The translations under genes and the position numbers were made by a program. Shown here one piece after another: positions 1 to 9,704 of a stretch of DNA of 64,000 bases (positions are counted from its first letter, which is position 1; every line of letters begins with the position of its first letter). Location of the stretch: contig CAVTIN010000015.1 of the NCBI GenBank assembly GCA_963734895.1, positions 72,628-136,627 of the forward strand, read 5' to 3'. A model generated the notes under the pieces. It was not told where the DNA came from and did not search any database. It saw nothing but the letters and a program-made list of their open reading frames with translations. Source of the DNA: an uncultured Chloroflexia bacterium (GTDB taxonomy: Bacteria; Chloroflexota; Limnocylindria; Limnocylindrales; CSP1-4).

Positions 1-1
1 G

Positions 2-307
2 GCCCAGGCCCTGCTCGAAGCCACGGGTCACGGGGACGCCGGCGGCCCGTGGGTGCCAGTTGGCGCGGGAGTCCATACCGGCCCCGCCTGGGTCGGCGCG
101 GTAGGCGACGAGTCACACGTCGAGCTGACCGCCCTGGGCGACACGGTCAATACGACCGCCCGTCTGGCGTCCGCGGCCGGCGTCGGCGAGATCCTGGTCA
201 CGATCGCCTCCGCTGAGGCCGCCGGACTTGCTGCGACGGGCGAGCGCCGATCACTCGAATTGAAAGGCAAGGAGCTCCCCACAGACGTCGTGGTTCTCCG
301 CGCCTGA
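2..307 (+). CDS. Class III adenylate/guanylate cyclase catalytic domain, C-terminal fragment (5' end outside window)
   Basis: The frame is open from the window edge. The translation ...GAGVHTGPAWVGAVGDESHVELTALGDTVNTTARLASAAGVGEILV carries the cyclase-homology-domain core (GxHxG...G, then LGDTVNTxARL). Stop TGA at 305-307. Confidence 0.8.
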   Translation, partial: AQALLEATGHGDAGGPWVPVGAGVHTGPAWVGAVGDESHVELTALGDTVNTTARLASAAGVGEILVTIASAEAAGLAATGERRSLELKGKELPTDVVVLRA

Positions 308-460
308 TCCGGCCGGGACGTCCAACACGGCCTGACGATCGCGGGTCGGGCTCCTGCTCGCGAAACCTGAACCGCGGCGGCTGCGCTCGCCAAGTGGACT
401 CGATCCAGGCCGCGGCCGGGTGACGCCGGGGGCCCTCGATCGGACTGCTACCGTGGCGTC

Positions 461-628
461 GTGCAACGTGAACAGGCGGTCGGACCGGCACTCGTCGTCT
501 TCGGCGTGATCTTGATCCTCGTGCTGGCCGTAGGTCGGGACGACGTGCTCGTCGGCATCGTCGTCGGGCTGCCGTTGATCATCGCGGGGGCCGTCTTGTT
601 CGTCCGAGCGCAACGGCACGCGACGTAG
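461..628 (+). CDS. Small two-helix membrane protein (55 aa), hypothetical
   Basis: GTG at 461, TAG at 626-628. It is below the ORF-track length cutoff. It has two hydrophobic helices (PALVVFGVILILVLAV and VLVGIVVGLPLIIAGAVLFV) and G/C-rich third codon positions. No family recognised. Confidence 0.3.
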   Translation: MQREQAVGPALVVFGVILILVLAVGRDDVLVGIVVGLPLIIAGAVLFVRAQRHAT

Positions 629-762
629 CTCATCGGGCCGGGCCCTGTTGTACGCAGGTGGGCGCGAAGCAGCAATGACGATCGGGGAACTCAGCCGGCG
701 TGGGCTTCGTTCGGATCTGGTTCCATGAGAGGTATCGAAGGAAGCCTGAAGGGTCGACCGCA

Positions 763-1059
763 ATGGGGTTCATCACGACACGCTGGGAAGCCACGTGCGA
801 AGGCCACAGCATCACCGTCACGCGCAACGAGATCGGACGCGGCTTCGCGCTCGAGTGGGACGGCCGCGAGATCGCGCGGCGGAAATGGTCGTGGGTCGGC
901 CTGGGTGAGCTCCACGGTTCGGTGGATCTCGACGGCAGGCACCGCGACATTCACGTCAGTCTCCGTGTCGGCAAGGGGCGCGGCAAAGGGCTGCTCACCG
1001 ATGGCGCCTGCACGATCACCGTCGATGAACATCCGTTGGAGGTCAGGCACATCCGCTGA
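763..1059 (+). CDS. Hypothetical protein (98 aa)
   Basis: This lies within ORF-track 700..1059. The internal ATG at 763 follows a purine-rich GAAGG/GAAGGG stretch. Codon bias looks coding. No domain recognised. Confidence 0.4.
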   Translation: MGFITTRWEATCEGHSITVTRNEIGRGFALEWDGREIARRKWSWVGLGELHGSVDLDGRHRDIHVSLRVGKGRGKGLLTDGACTITVDEHPLEVRHIR

Positions 1060-1339
1060 GACCGAGAGTTGGCCGGAGCGCCGTTGGCGATCGCGTGGTC
1101 CACGCCGGTCAGAGCTCGCCTGAGCGTTGACTCCACCCGTTCGATGGATCGCCAGCTGACGGGAACGGGCCCGCGACGCCCCACAATGAAGCGAGACCTC
1201 AAGAACCCTCCTTGGCAGGCCGGCAAGGCGAGTCTCGCCGGGCACTGCATCGCACGTCAGACGTGGGTTTGACGTCCACTTGGTCGTACTCCCCCAATCA
1301 TCCTCGGCGAGCCGGCAGGACGCCTGAGCGGCGCCCGCG

Positions 1340-1810
1340 CTAGGCATCCGGCGGCGAGAAGCGTTCCACGAACCCTGCCCGCCATGCCGGCGCCTCGAAC
1401 GGTGCGGCGTACCAGGACGTGGTCTTGGCGATCTTGCCCTGGCGAAGCTCGATGATCTGGATCATCTGCCATGTTTCACCGTTCGCGTACGTCGCGGTCC
1501 CGACATACGTGTAGACGTCGCCCGAGCCCTCGATCCGCAGCACCGTGAAGCTCGGCGTCAGCACCCAGCGGTCCTCCGCACTCACGAGCCGTGTGCTCTT
1601 CGGATCGATCGTCGCGACCCCTCCGGGGTAGTTGTGCAGGAGGGCGAGCTGGTTCGCCTTGCCCCGGACGCGTTCCCCTGACTGGGGCATCTCATCGACA
1701 TAGTCGTCGGTGATGAGCAGCACCAGAGCGTCGTGATCCTTGTCCTGCAAGGCGCGCGCGTAGCGCTCGACGATTGCCCGAGCACTGGGGTCAGCCATCG
1801 TGTCCTCCAC
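1340..1810 (-). CDS. SnoaL-like / NTF2-fold protein
   Basis: 156 aa. The N-terminus IVERYARALQDKDHDALVLLITDDYV and the overall length fit the SnoaL/NTF2-like family. Confidence 0.75.
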   Translation of the reverse strand: MEDTMADPSARAIVERYARALQDKDHDALVLLITDDYVDEMPQSGERVRGKANQLALLHNYPGGVATIDPKSTRLVSAEDRWVLTPSFTVLRIEGSGDVYTYVGTATYANGETWQMIQIIELRQGKIAKTTSWYAAPFEAPAWRAGFVERFSPPDA

Positions 1811-2075
1811 CTGATAGCCGTCGCTGCATCAGCGAGTCATGGGAATTCTACGGTGCGGCAGCTGGGCTCCCGGGTTCATGTGATCGGCGTTCATTGCCTC
1901 GGCCAAAGCCAGCCGCGCCAGACCAGATTTCAGAGCGGAGTCACCTGGGTTCGAACTTGGTGGTATCGACGCCCAGGTTCCATGCCGGCGTCGTTCACCG
2001 CCGGCGTTTCGAGGGCGGCAACCCACGCGTGACGCTCGCTCCCGCGCCGGTAGGCTAGCGCCGGAGGTGTCCCCA

Positions 2076-2270
2076 ATGACGATCCGAGCGGCGCTGGACG
2101 AGGCGATGCAGAGCGGAACCGCGGATGAGGCGATGAGCGCCCTGATCGAGCGCGGTGTCTGGATGGCCGATGTCGACACGATGACGCAGGCCGTGCATAG
2201 CGTCTACTGCGGCATCATGGCCGACACGACCATCCCAACGACAAGGATCGCGATCAGGCTCGACAGTTGA
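2076..2270 (+). CDS. Small acidic hypothetical protein (64 aa)
   Basis: ATG at 2076 lies 8 nt after GGAGG (2063-2067). It is in frame with ORF-track 2067..2270. No domain recognised. Confidence 0.35.
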   Translation: MTIRAALDEAMQSGTADEAMSALIERGVWMADVDTMTQAVHSVYCGIMADTTIPTTRIAIRLDS

Positions 2271-2397
2271 TCGCAGCCATCGGGAAATCGATCGGGCGCG
2301 GAGCCCCTGCGAAGCAGGACTAGCACATTCTGGCGATGGCCCCAGCCACAAGTGACGCGCAGCATCGCTGACCCTTGACACGCCGATCGCGCGGAGC

Positions 2398-3288
2398 ATG
2401 CTGCGCGATATGAGCCACGAGGTCAGCGCGCCGCGCGCAGACGATCCCGATACGCCGACCGAGGCGGTTGGATCATGGCCGACGATCGACCTCGCGCGGC
2501 TGGGATTGCCCCGACTCGGCTGGGTGTTCGTGGCGGTCGCGCTGTTCGTCGCTGCAACACGCCTGCGCACGATCGCCGGCGCCCCCGCCGACATCGTCCC
2601 CGACATCCTGTTGTCGTCGATCCAGGCGACGGTCGTCGTCCTGCTGCCCGCCGCCCTGCTCTGGCGACTGCCTGGCGCGATCCGAACCCACACCCTCCTG
2701 CTGACGGGGCTCGCCCTCGTCGCCACCACCCAGCTGGTCATGGCCGCCAATCAGCTGTGGCCGCTGTTCCACAGCGATGACGGGACGAGGAGCACGTTCG
2801 ATGCCGCGTGGCCGCTGCTCACGCCAGCGGGCAGCATCCTGATCGGACTCGGGCTGCTCCGCCTGCGAGTGGGGGCGAACCGGCTATCGGTGCTGGCGGC
2901 GATCGTCGTGACGTACGTGGGGATCGGCGTGGCTTCCTACCTGATCGGGGCAGGGACCGGAACGCTCCACGCCTACGACGTCGCGATCCTGGTCATCGTG
3001 CCTGCGGCCGCAGCCGTTGCCGTGTGGGTGCCGGTTGCAGCGTGGCTGGAGTCGGACACGCCACAGGCCTTCTGGGGGCTGCTCGCCGTCGCGCTGCCGC
3101 TCGGCGTGATCGTGCGCCTGCTCACCCTCCTGGGGACGATCGTCGCGACGTCGACGCAATCGAATGTCCTGTTCGTCCCGACGGTCACCGTCAACGCGCT
3201 CCTGGGTTCCCTGGCGGTTCTCCTCGCACTGGTTGCATATGCCCGGATGACGCCCGGGGAAACGCACGCGGCGGCGCCCGCGGACTAG
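2398..3288 (+). CDS. Polytopic integral membrane protein, hypothetical
   Basis: 296 aa with at least 7 hydrophobic segments after an acidic N-terminal tail. Codon bias is consistent with coding. No family recognised. Confidence 0.6.
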   Translation: MLRDMSHEVSAPRADDPDTPTEAVGSWPTIDLARLGLPRLGWVFVAVALFVAATRLRTIAGAPADIVPDILLSSIQATVVVLLPAALLWRLPGAIRTHTLLLTGLALVATTQLVMAANQLWPLFHSDDGTRSTFDAAWPLLTPAGSILIGLGLLRLRVGANRLSVLAAIVVTYVGIGVASYLIGAGTGTLHAYDVAILVIVPAAAAVAVWVPVAAWLESDTPQAFWGLLAVALPLGVIVRLLTLLGTIVATSTQSNVLFVPTVTVNALLGSLAVLLALVAYARMTPGETHAAAPAD

Positions 3289-3413
3289 ATTCACCAGCTG
3301 CACGTCTGGAAGTGGCTGGAATGGCCTGCGGCGCTGGTAGCTCGCTCGTGCCGATCAGCCGGTGGCGGTCGCGCTCGCGGCCGCCCAGCGAGCCAGCTCC
3401 CTACGCGCACCCA

Positions 3414-4625
3414 TCACGACGTCTCCTCCAGTGACAGCCTGGCATCGGTCCAGGTCCCGCCGGCGCGGCTCGACGCGACTGCCGCCCCCACGAAGCTCAC
3501 TCCGATGGCGCCGTCGCGTTCGTTCGGGAACCACAGCGCCAGCGGATCGGGCTCCCGGCCCGAGCGCCGCGCGGCGATTGCCTCGGCGGCGTCCGAGTAG
3601 ATGTTGGCGAACGCCTCGTGAAAGCCCTCCGGGTGCCCGGCGACGATCCGGCATGCCCTGGCCGAGGCCGGCAGCACCCCGGGCCCGTTGGGCGTGTAGA
3701 CGCGCACCGGTCCATGAAGGGGCTTGAAGGTGAGCCGCGTCGGCCGTTCCTGGTGCCACTCGAGGCTGCCCTTCGTTCCCGACACGCGGATCCCCAGGCT
3801 GTTCTCCACCCCGGCGGCCGTCTGCGTGACCCAGAAGGTCCCACGGGCGCCGTTGTCAAAGCGCAGCATCGCGGCGCCGTAGTCATCGACCGGCCGTTCC
3901 GGGATCACGTGCCCGATCTCGGCGGCGACTTCTGAAACCTCGAGACCGCTGACGAAGCGGACCAGGTTGTGCGCATGCGTCCCGATGTCGCCCATCACGA
4001 GCGACGGTCCGCCTCGCACGGGGTGATAGCGCCAGGGCAGCCCATCGGCCGCGTCGGGGTCGGATTCGTCGGCCTTTCCCCCCTGGACGTACTCGACCTG
4101 GACCAGCCGGATGTCGCCGAGCTGCCCGTCCTCGACCATCGCGCGAGCCTGGCGCACCATCGGGTAGCCCGTGTAGTTGTGCGTGAGGCAGAAGACCAGC
4201 CCGGTTGCCGCGACCTTCTGGACGATGCCCAGGGCCTCGTCCAGTGTGTTCGTCATCGGCTTGTCGCAGATGACATCGAACCCGCGATCCAGGGCCGCCA
4301 CGGCATAGCGGTGGTGGCTGTCGTTGGGGGTCATGATCGCGACGACCTCGGCACCGTCGGCGCGCTTTGCCTCGGCGTCGAGCATCCCGGTCGCATCGAT
4401 GTAGGCCCGATCTGGGTCGATTCCCATACCGACGGCCGCCGTGCGCGACCGCTCGGGGTCGGTCGAGACCACCCCGGCGACGAGCGCATAGCGACCGTCG
4501 AGGCGTGCGGCGGTCCGGTGCGTCGCCCCGATGAAGCTGCCCGGCCCACCGCCGATCACCGCGAGGCGGAGCGGGCGGCCAAGCATCTCGATGACCGGAC
4601 CTGCGTCCATGGAGACCTCCCTCAT
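3414..4625 (-). CDS. Gfo/Idh/MocA family oxidoreductase
   Basis: Rossmann motif LAVIGGGPGSFIG near the N-terminus, then the typical MTPNDSHHRYAVAAL and DKPM motifs of the family. The start could be the internal Met at 4610. Confidence 0.9.
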   Translation of the reverse strand: MREVSMDAGPVIEMLGRPLRLAVIGGGPGSFIGATHRTAARLDGRYALVAGVVSTDPERSRTAAVGMGIDPDRAYIDATGMLDAEAKRADGAEVVAIMTPNDSHHRYAVAALDRGFDVICDKPMTNTLDEALGIVQKVAATGLVFCLTHNYTGYPMVRQARAMVEDGQLGDIRLVQVEYVQGGKADESDPDAADGLPWRYHPVRGGPSLVMGDIGTHAHNLVRFVSGLEVSEVAAEIGHVIPERPVDDYGAAMLRFDNGARGTFWVTQTAAGVENSLGIRVSGTKGSLEWHQERPTRLTFKPLHGPVRVYTPNGPGVLPASARACRIVAGHPEGFHEAFANIYSDAAEAIAARRSGREPDPLALWFPNERDGAIGVSFVGAAVASSRAGGTWTDARLSLEETS

Positions 4626-4909
4626 TGACTGCGTTTAGTGCCTGATCCGGCTGCGCCGACTGCGTCATTCTCGCGGACCCCGAGGGCAACCGCTCCCGCC
4701 TCGTGGACGCAGCCGGTGACGGCGGGCGCGGCACGTCAGCTGGTCACGGCGTCCCTCGCCGGTTTGTCCGGCCGCGGAGGGCCGGAGGTCACCCGGCATC
4801 GCTCGCGACCTGCCCCCGGTTCGTGCCATTGCCTCTGGCCCGGAGGCCGCCGTACCATCGATCCTGGGCGTACGGGACTGACACGCCCTGCCACAGGAGC
4901 CCATCGCCG

Positions 4910-5617
4910 ATGAAGACGGTCCGAGACGTCATGACCCACCCGGTGCAATCGGTCCGACCGGAGACGCCCCTCAAGGAGGTTGCCCGCCTGCTCATCGACC
5001 ACCGCATCAGCGGCCTGCCGGTCGTGGACGACAGCGGCAAGGTCCTGGGCGTCGTATCCGAGGGCGACCTCCTGATGAAGGGTCAGGAGCACGGCGCCGT
5101 TCACCACCGTCCGCTGGCACGGATCTTCGGGGAGTCCGAGGAGACCCGTCGGTTGCTCGCCAAGGCGGAAGCCCGGACAGCCGGCGATGCGATGACGACC
5201 CCCGCGCTCACGATCGACGCCGGGCGGCCGATCAACGTCGCGGCGACCCTCATGGTTGAACGAAAGGTCAACCGACTGCCGGTCACCGAGGACGGACGCC
5301 TGGTGGGAATCGTCACCCGCGCGGACGTCGTCAGGACCTTCGTGCGATCCGACGAGGAGCTGGCCGAGGCGATCCGCGACGAGGTGCTCGTGCGCGCGCT
5401 GTGGGTCGATCCGGCGGGGTTCACGGTGGAGGTCGTGGACGGCATCGCCACGGTGACGGGGCGCGTGCGGCGCCGGTCGACGGCGGCCATGATCGAGCCG
5501 ATGGTCGAGATGGTCGCCGGGGTCATCGCCGTCAACGCGAACGTCGAATGGTCCGAGGACGACAGGACGATCGAAGCACCCGGCCCGGACTACTTCTCGC
5601 CCAAGAGCCCGTCCTGA
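4910..5617 (+). CDS. CBS-pair plus BON domain protein
   Basis: ATG at 4910 lies 10 nt after AGGAG (4895-4899). There are two CBS repeats (VRDVMTHPV...ISGLPVVD and AGDAMTTPA...VNRLPVTE), followed by a BON-like C-terminus (VVDGIATVTGRV...VIAVNANV). The upstream 69 codons of the ORF-track entry are Arg/Pro-rich and were rejected. Confidence 0.85.
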   Translation: MKTVRDVMTHPVQSVRPETPLKEVARLLIDHRISGLPVVDDSGKVLGVVSEGDLLMKGQEHGAVHHRPLARIFGESEETRRLLAKAEARTAGDAMTTPALTIDAGRPINVAATLMVERKVNRLPVTEDGRLVGIVTRADVVRTFVRSDEELAEAIRDEVLVRALWVDPAGFTVEVVDGIATVTGRVRRRSTAAMIEPMVEMVAGVIAVNANVEWSEDDRTIEAPGPDYFSPKSPS

Positions 5618-5813
5618 GCAACGCGCCCGCACGCGCGCTCGCGGCCGGTCACCGCGATGTGGGACCAGGGCGAAGCCGGACCACGGAGCGTGCGATCCTG
5701 ATCGTGCGGCTCGTTCTGGTGGCGGACGACGGCCGTCCGGCGGACACGCTCGACGGCGGCGCCCCTTCCTGATCCGGGTCGCGGCGCGATCCATCGGTCG
5801 CCTCGCGTAGCCT

Positions 5814-7028
5814 GTGCACGTGCGCGATCCACGATCCGGCTCCCTTCTCGAGGTCCTGGCTGTCGCGCTGCGCCTCGGGGTCACGTCGTTCGGCGGGCCG
5901 ATCGCCCACATCGGCTACTTCCGGCGCGAGTACGTGGACCGGCGTCGCTGGCTGGACGAGGCCTCGTTCGCGGACCTCATCGCCCTCAGCCAGCTGCTCC
6001 CGGGTCCTGCCAGCAGCCAGCTCGGGATCGCGATCGGAACGCGGCGGGCCGGGATCCCCGGCGGCATTGCCGCGTGGATCGGGTTCACGGCGCCATCGGC
6101 GATCGTCATGATCGCGTTCGGCCTGCTGGCCACGACCGCGGATCTCGGCGCCGCCGGCTGGATCCACGGCCTCAAGCTCGCGGCGGTGGCGGTGGTCGCG
6201 CAGGCCGTGATCCTGATGGCCCGGTCGCTGACGCCCGACACCTCGCGCCGGATCATTGCGGTGGCTGCAGCCGGCGCCACGCTTGCGTTCGCCTCACCGC
6301 TGTCGCAGGTCCTGGTCATCGCCGCCGGCGGGACTGTCGGCGCGGTGCTCCTCCGGGCCCCGTCGCCCGTGGCGCACCGCGACCAGCCGGCACCTGTCCG
6401 GCGCGGCGTCGGCATCGCCGCGCTCGTGGCGTTCGCGGTGCTGCTCGCCGGCCTGCCGATCCTGCGCCTGGCCGGGGGCCAGGTCACGGCCGTCGTCGAC
6501 AGCTTCTACCGGTCGGGCGCCCTGGTGTTCGGCGGGGGCCACGTGGTGCTGCCCCTGCTCCACGCCAACGTCGTCGACCCGGGCTGGGTCTCGGATGGGG
6601 CATTCCTCGCTGGGTACGGGGCCGCGCAGGCGGTTCCCGGCCCGTTGTTCACCTTCGCGGGCTACCTGGGGACGGTGTCGTCGGTCGCACCGAATGGCGT
6701 GGCGGGTGGCTTGATCGCGCTGCTCGCCATCTTCCTGCCATCGTTCCTGCTGGTATTCGGCGCGCTGCCGTTCTGGGATCGCCTGCGTACCGCACCGCGA
6801 TTCCGCCGAGCGCTGCTGGGCACGAACGCGGCGGTTGTCGGCATCCTGGCAGCAGCGCTGTACACCCCGATCTGGACCGGTGCGATCGGTGGCGCGGGGA
6901 ACGCGGCGCTCGACGTGGCGATCGCCGCGCTCGGTCTCGGCGCCCTGCTGACCCGCCGTGTGCCACCGATCGTGGTCGTGGTGCTCGCGGCCCTGGCCGG
7001 ACAGCTTGCCGTCGGAATCGCCGGATGA
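5814..7028 (+). CDS. chrA: Chromate ion transporter (CHR family)
   Basis: LRLGVTSFGGPIAHIGYFRREYVDRRRWLDEASFADLIALSQLLPGPASSQ is the hallmark CHR N-terminal motif. The second half repeats it (FGGGHVVLPLL...GAAQAVPGPLF). 404 aa. Confidence 0.85.
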   Translation: MHVRDPRSGSLLEVLAVALRLGVTSFGGPIAHIGYFRREYVDRRRWLDEASFADLIALSQLLPGPASSQLGIAIGTRRAGIPGGIAAWIGFTAPSAIVMIAFGLLATTADLGAAGWIHGLKLAAVAVVAQAVILMARSLTPDTSRRIIAVAAAGATLAFASPLSQVLVIAAGGTVGAVLLRAPSPVAHRDQPAPVRRGVGIAALVAFAVLLAGLPILRLAGGQVTAVVDSFYRSGALVFGGGHVVLPLLHANVVDPGWVSDGAFLAGYGAAQAVPGPLFTFAGYLGTVSSVAPNGVAGGLIALLAIFLPSFLLVFGALPFWDRLRTAPRFRRALLGTNAAVVGILAAALYTPIWTGAIGGAGNAALDVAIAALGLGALLTRRVPPIVVVVLAALAGQLAVGIAG

Positions 7029-7174
7029 CGCCGCTCCGGCAAGACTAGATCGATCGCTGGTAGGACTTGAACGTCCTCGTCGCGCGGCCTGGGTCAGCCG
7101 CCACAACAGCTGGCCGTGGTAAGGCCGCTGACGACCGCGGGACCGTACAGCGCCGAGGCCGCCGGTGCTCCGAC

Positions 7175-7900
7175 CTACGCGTCCTCGCCTTCCGCCACCT
7201 CGGCGAGCTGCTCCGCGTCGCGGATCAGCACCCGGTGATGCTCCGTGTCGAGCAGGCCCCGACGCCGGAAGTCGCCCAGGGTGTGGGCGAGGGTCTCACG
7301 GGTCGTGCCGATCATCTCGGCCAGCTCCTGCTGCGTGAGGTCGGCCTCGATCAGCGTGCCGCGTGGCGTCCTGACGCCGAACCGCCCGGCGAGATCGATC
7401 AGCCGGCGAGCGAGCCGCTGGTCGACCCGCTGGTAGGCCATCGCCTCGAGCTCGCGCTCGGCGCTCTGGAGTCGGCGGGACAGGTGGCGGATGATGTTCA
7501 CGCCGATGATCGGGTAGCGCTCGATCAGCCGGCGGAGCTCGTCGGGGGTGATCGTGCAGATCACGCCCTCGTCGATCGCCTCGGCATACGCCCCCGGCAG
7601 GCGATCCTGGCCGAGCAGGCCCATGTCGCCGAGGATCGTCCCCTTCTCGTAGATGTCGAGCGTCAGCTGCTTGCCGTCGGGGGTGATCCGGAACACACGG
7701 ACCCGGCCCTTCTTGACGATGTGGATCCGGTCGGGCGGGTCGTCGGGCGACAGGATCTGCTGGCCGCGGACGCAGTGGGTCATCGTCGTCGCGTGGCCGA
7801 TCGCCTCGATGTCGGCCTCGTCCAGGCCCGCGAACAGGGCCACCTCGGACAGCAGTCCCAGCTTCTCGGTCAGCGAGCGCTGTTGTACCGGCATGGTCAT
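7175..7900 (-). CDS. Crp/Fnr family transcriptional regulator
   Basis: N-terminal cyclic-nucleotide-binding fold (LFAGLDEADIEAI...GRVRVFRITPDGKQLTLDIYEKGTILGDM). C-terminal HTH (LTQQELAEMIGTTRETLAHTLGDFRRRGLL). Confidence 0.9.
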   Translation of the reverse strand: MTMPVQQRSLTEKLGLLSEVALFAGLDEADIEAIGHATTMTHCVRGQQILSPDDPPDRIHIVKKGRVRVFRITPDGKQLTLDIYEKGTILGDMGLLGQDRLPGAYAEAIDEGVICTITPDELRRLIERYPIIGVNIIRHLSRRLQSAERELEAMAYQRVDQRLARRLIDLAGRFGVRTPRGTLIEADLTQQELAEMIGTTRETLAHTLGDFRRRGLLDTEHHRVLIRDAEQLAEVAEGEDA

Positions 7901-8694
7901 CGGTCACGATCCAGGACGAGGATCCCGCCGGGCGCGAACAGCGGGCCGACGTCGATCCCGAGGCGAGCATAGAGCGCGGACGGCAACCCGAGGTCCCCCA
8001 GGTACAGCCGGCCCGCCCGGTGAGCCCCGGCGGCGGTCAGCAGGCCGGGCTTGGGCAGCGCGAGCGTCAGGGTCGCCGTCGCCGTGATCGCGAGGCCGGT
8101 TGCCTGCCCCGTGCCGGGATCCACCCCGGTCGGGACGTCGAGGCTCACGACCGGGCGCTGCGATCGGACGATGAAGCCCACCAGGCGATCGACCTCCCCC
8201 CGCGGTGCGCCCCGGATGTTGTAGCCGAGGACGGCATCGATCACGAGATCCGCGTGCGCGAGCGCCTGCTCCAGCTCCCCGTTCGTCAGGTCGTAGGTGG
8301 CGACGCAGCAGCTGGCCCCCATCGAGATCAGCGTGGCGAGCTGGTGGCGACCCCCCTCGGTCATCCGGAGCGCCGGCCGCGCGAGCACGACGCGAACGCT
8401 CGCGCCGCGGTTCATGAGGTGGCGAGCGGCCACCAGCCCGCCGCCGCCATTGTTGCCGGGGCCGACGGCCACCACGATCGATCGACCCATGAGATCGCCG
8501 CCGAGCTCCAGCCTGGCGACCTCGGCGAGGTGCGACCCGGCCTGCTCAATCATCTGGAGCAGGCTGATCCCGAACTCCTCGGTAGCGAGCCGGTCCACCT
8601 CGGCCATGACCGCGGCAGAGACCGTCGGAATGCCGGAGGCGGGAGTCGCGGCGATCGCGTGGGTTGTGCCTGCTGCGTAGGTTGCGTCGATCAT
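7897..8694 (-). CDS. nnrE: NAD(P)H-hydrate epimerase (YjeF N-terminal domain only)
   Basis: GPGNNGGGGLVAARHL and DAVLGYNIRG motifs of the YjeF_N family. ATG at 8694 is preceded by GAGG. The stop overlaps the crp start (ATGA at 7897-7900). Confidence 0.75.
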   Translation of the reverse strand: MIDATYAAGTTHAIAATPASGIPTVSAAVMAEVDRLATEEFGISLLQMIEQAGSHLAEVARLELGGDLMGRSIVVAVGPGNNGGGGLVAARHLMNRGASVRVVLARPALRMTEGGRHQLATLISMGASCCVATYDLTNGELEQALAHADLVIDAVLGYNIRGAPRGEVDRLVGFIVRSQRPVVSLDVPTGVDPGTGQATGLAITATATLTLALPKPGLLTAAGAHRAGRLYLGDLGLPSALYARLGIDVGPLFAPGGILVLDRDR

Positions 8695-8799
8695 TCGCCT
8701 CGATCCTCGTGCCCGCCGCACAACGAGCAGTGCCGTGGCGGGCATCGTCCATCGATGCGTCGCGCCTCGCCGACGGTAGTCCTTGCCCGGTGCCGGTGA

Positions 8800-8815
8800 T
8801 GTGGGATGGATCACA
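8800..8815. promoter_or_regulatory. Candidate CRP/FNR-type binding site
   Basis: TGTGGgatggaTCACA matches TGTGA-N6-TCACA at 9 of 10 half-site positions. It lies in the divergent intergenic region between 8694 and 8929. Confidence 0.4.
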
Positions 8816-8928
8816 CCCAGCCGGGATGTAAGCCACATTACTGCCGAGGGCGACTCCGGCGGACCAGGCTGCACATCCCGGGCGGCGCCGCCATCAGCCC
8901 CGTTGCCTCGCACGAGCCAGGAGGTTGC

Positions 8929-9336
8929 ATGCTCCCCACGCGCTCCCGGGGATCCGTCCGTGGATCCGTCGTCCCGCTGGTCCTGGCCGCGGGCGGCGTG
9001 GCCGCAATGGTAGGCGTGTGGGTCGTCCTCGCTTCGATGAGCGGGCTCATCTACCACCTGCTGCCCGGCGCCACGTTCCTTGCCGCGTCGTGGGTCTTCC
9101 GCCAGGTCGAACACGGCCGGCAGGCGGCGTGGCCCGAGATCGCCGTCATCGTCGCGACCGGAGCTCTCGGGACGACAACGGGCGTCCTGCTGGTCGGAGC
9201 GATCGGCCGGGAGCTCGATGCGGCGCCGATCACGTGGCTGGTTGCCATCGGTGGTGCGCTGGTCGGAGCCGGCTGGCTGAGGCACGTGCCGACGTCAGAG
9301 GAGGCCGGTAGCAAAATGGAGACGGAGCAACCGTGA
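8929..9336 (+). CDS. Membrane protein, hypothetical
   Basis: ATG at 8929 lies 4 nt after GGAGG (8920-8924). It has four hydrophobic segments. Its stop overlaps the next start (GTGA at 9333-9336). Confidence 0.5.
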   Translation: MLPTRSRGSVRGSVVPLVLAAGGVAAMVGVWVVLASMSGLIYHLLPGATFLAASWVFRQVEHGRQAAWPEIAVIVATGALGTTTGVLLVGAIGRELDAAPITWLVAIGGALVGAGWLRHVPTSEEAGSKMETEQP

Positions 9337-9704
9337 CCCAGGCAGGAGATGGGGACGAGACCGACCGGCTGCGCCCGCCAGGCGATGGCCCGATCGACCG
9401 CGCGCGGAGCGCGATCGACTACTGCATGGTGCCCGCTCGACGGCGACGCACGGTGGGCATCGCGATCGTGGTGGGCATCCTGCTCACCCGGTTCAACCAG
9501 GGCGACGTGATCCTCGGCGGAAATGCGAGCGGCGCAACCGCCGTCAAGGCGGGCCTCAACTTCCTGGTCCCGTTCCTGGTCTCGAATCTCCGCCTGCTCA
9601 GCGGTCGGGACAACCGAGGCCGTTGGCGGCGCCCCGAGGAGCAGCCGTGGGCGCGATACGAAGGGCACACGGCGTTGGGGTGGCATGATCGACCGCATGG
9701 CTGA
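9333..9704 (+). CDS. NrtS-like small membrane protein (putative nitrate/nitrite transporter family)
   Basis: The core [28 protein letters not shown]...[17 protein letters not shown] resembles the NrtS family signature as I recall it (basic stretch, VVG..L..iNqgD, LVPf.VS). The Arg-rich C-terminal tail overlaps the zwf start and may be shorter. Confidence 0.45.
   Translation: MTQAGDGDETDRLRPPGDGPIDRARSAIDYCMVPARRRRTVGIAIVVGILLTRFNQGDVILGGNASGATAVKAGLNFLVPFLVSNLRLLSGRDNRGRWRRPEEQPWARYEGHTALGWHDRPHG

Noticed and set aside
4703-4909. 69-codon N-terminal extension of the CBS/BON ORF, and similar extensions at 7897..9285, 25026..26417, 29721..32270, 39548..40846, 46481..47992, 49667..50779 and 54569..55690
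   Set aside because: The extensions are Arg/Pro/Gly-rich, lack homology to the respective families, and often overlap neighbouring genes. Internal starts with Shine-Dalgarno-like sequences and family-typical N-termini were preferred.
7067-7972. 301-aa plus-strand ORF opposite the Crp/Fnr gene
   Set aside because: It is antisense to a gene with clear cNMP-binding and HTH motifs. No domain is present and the composition is low complexity.
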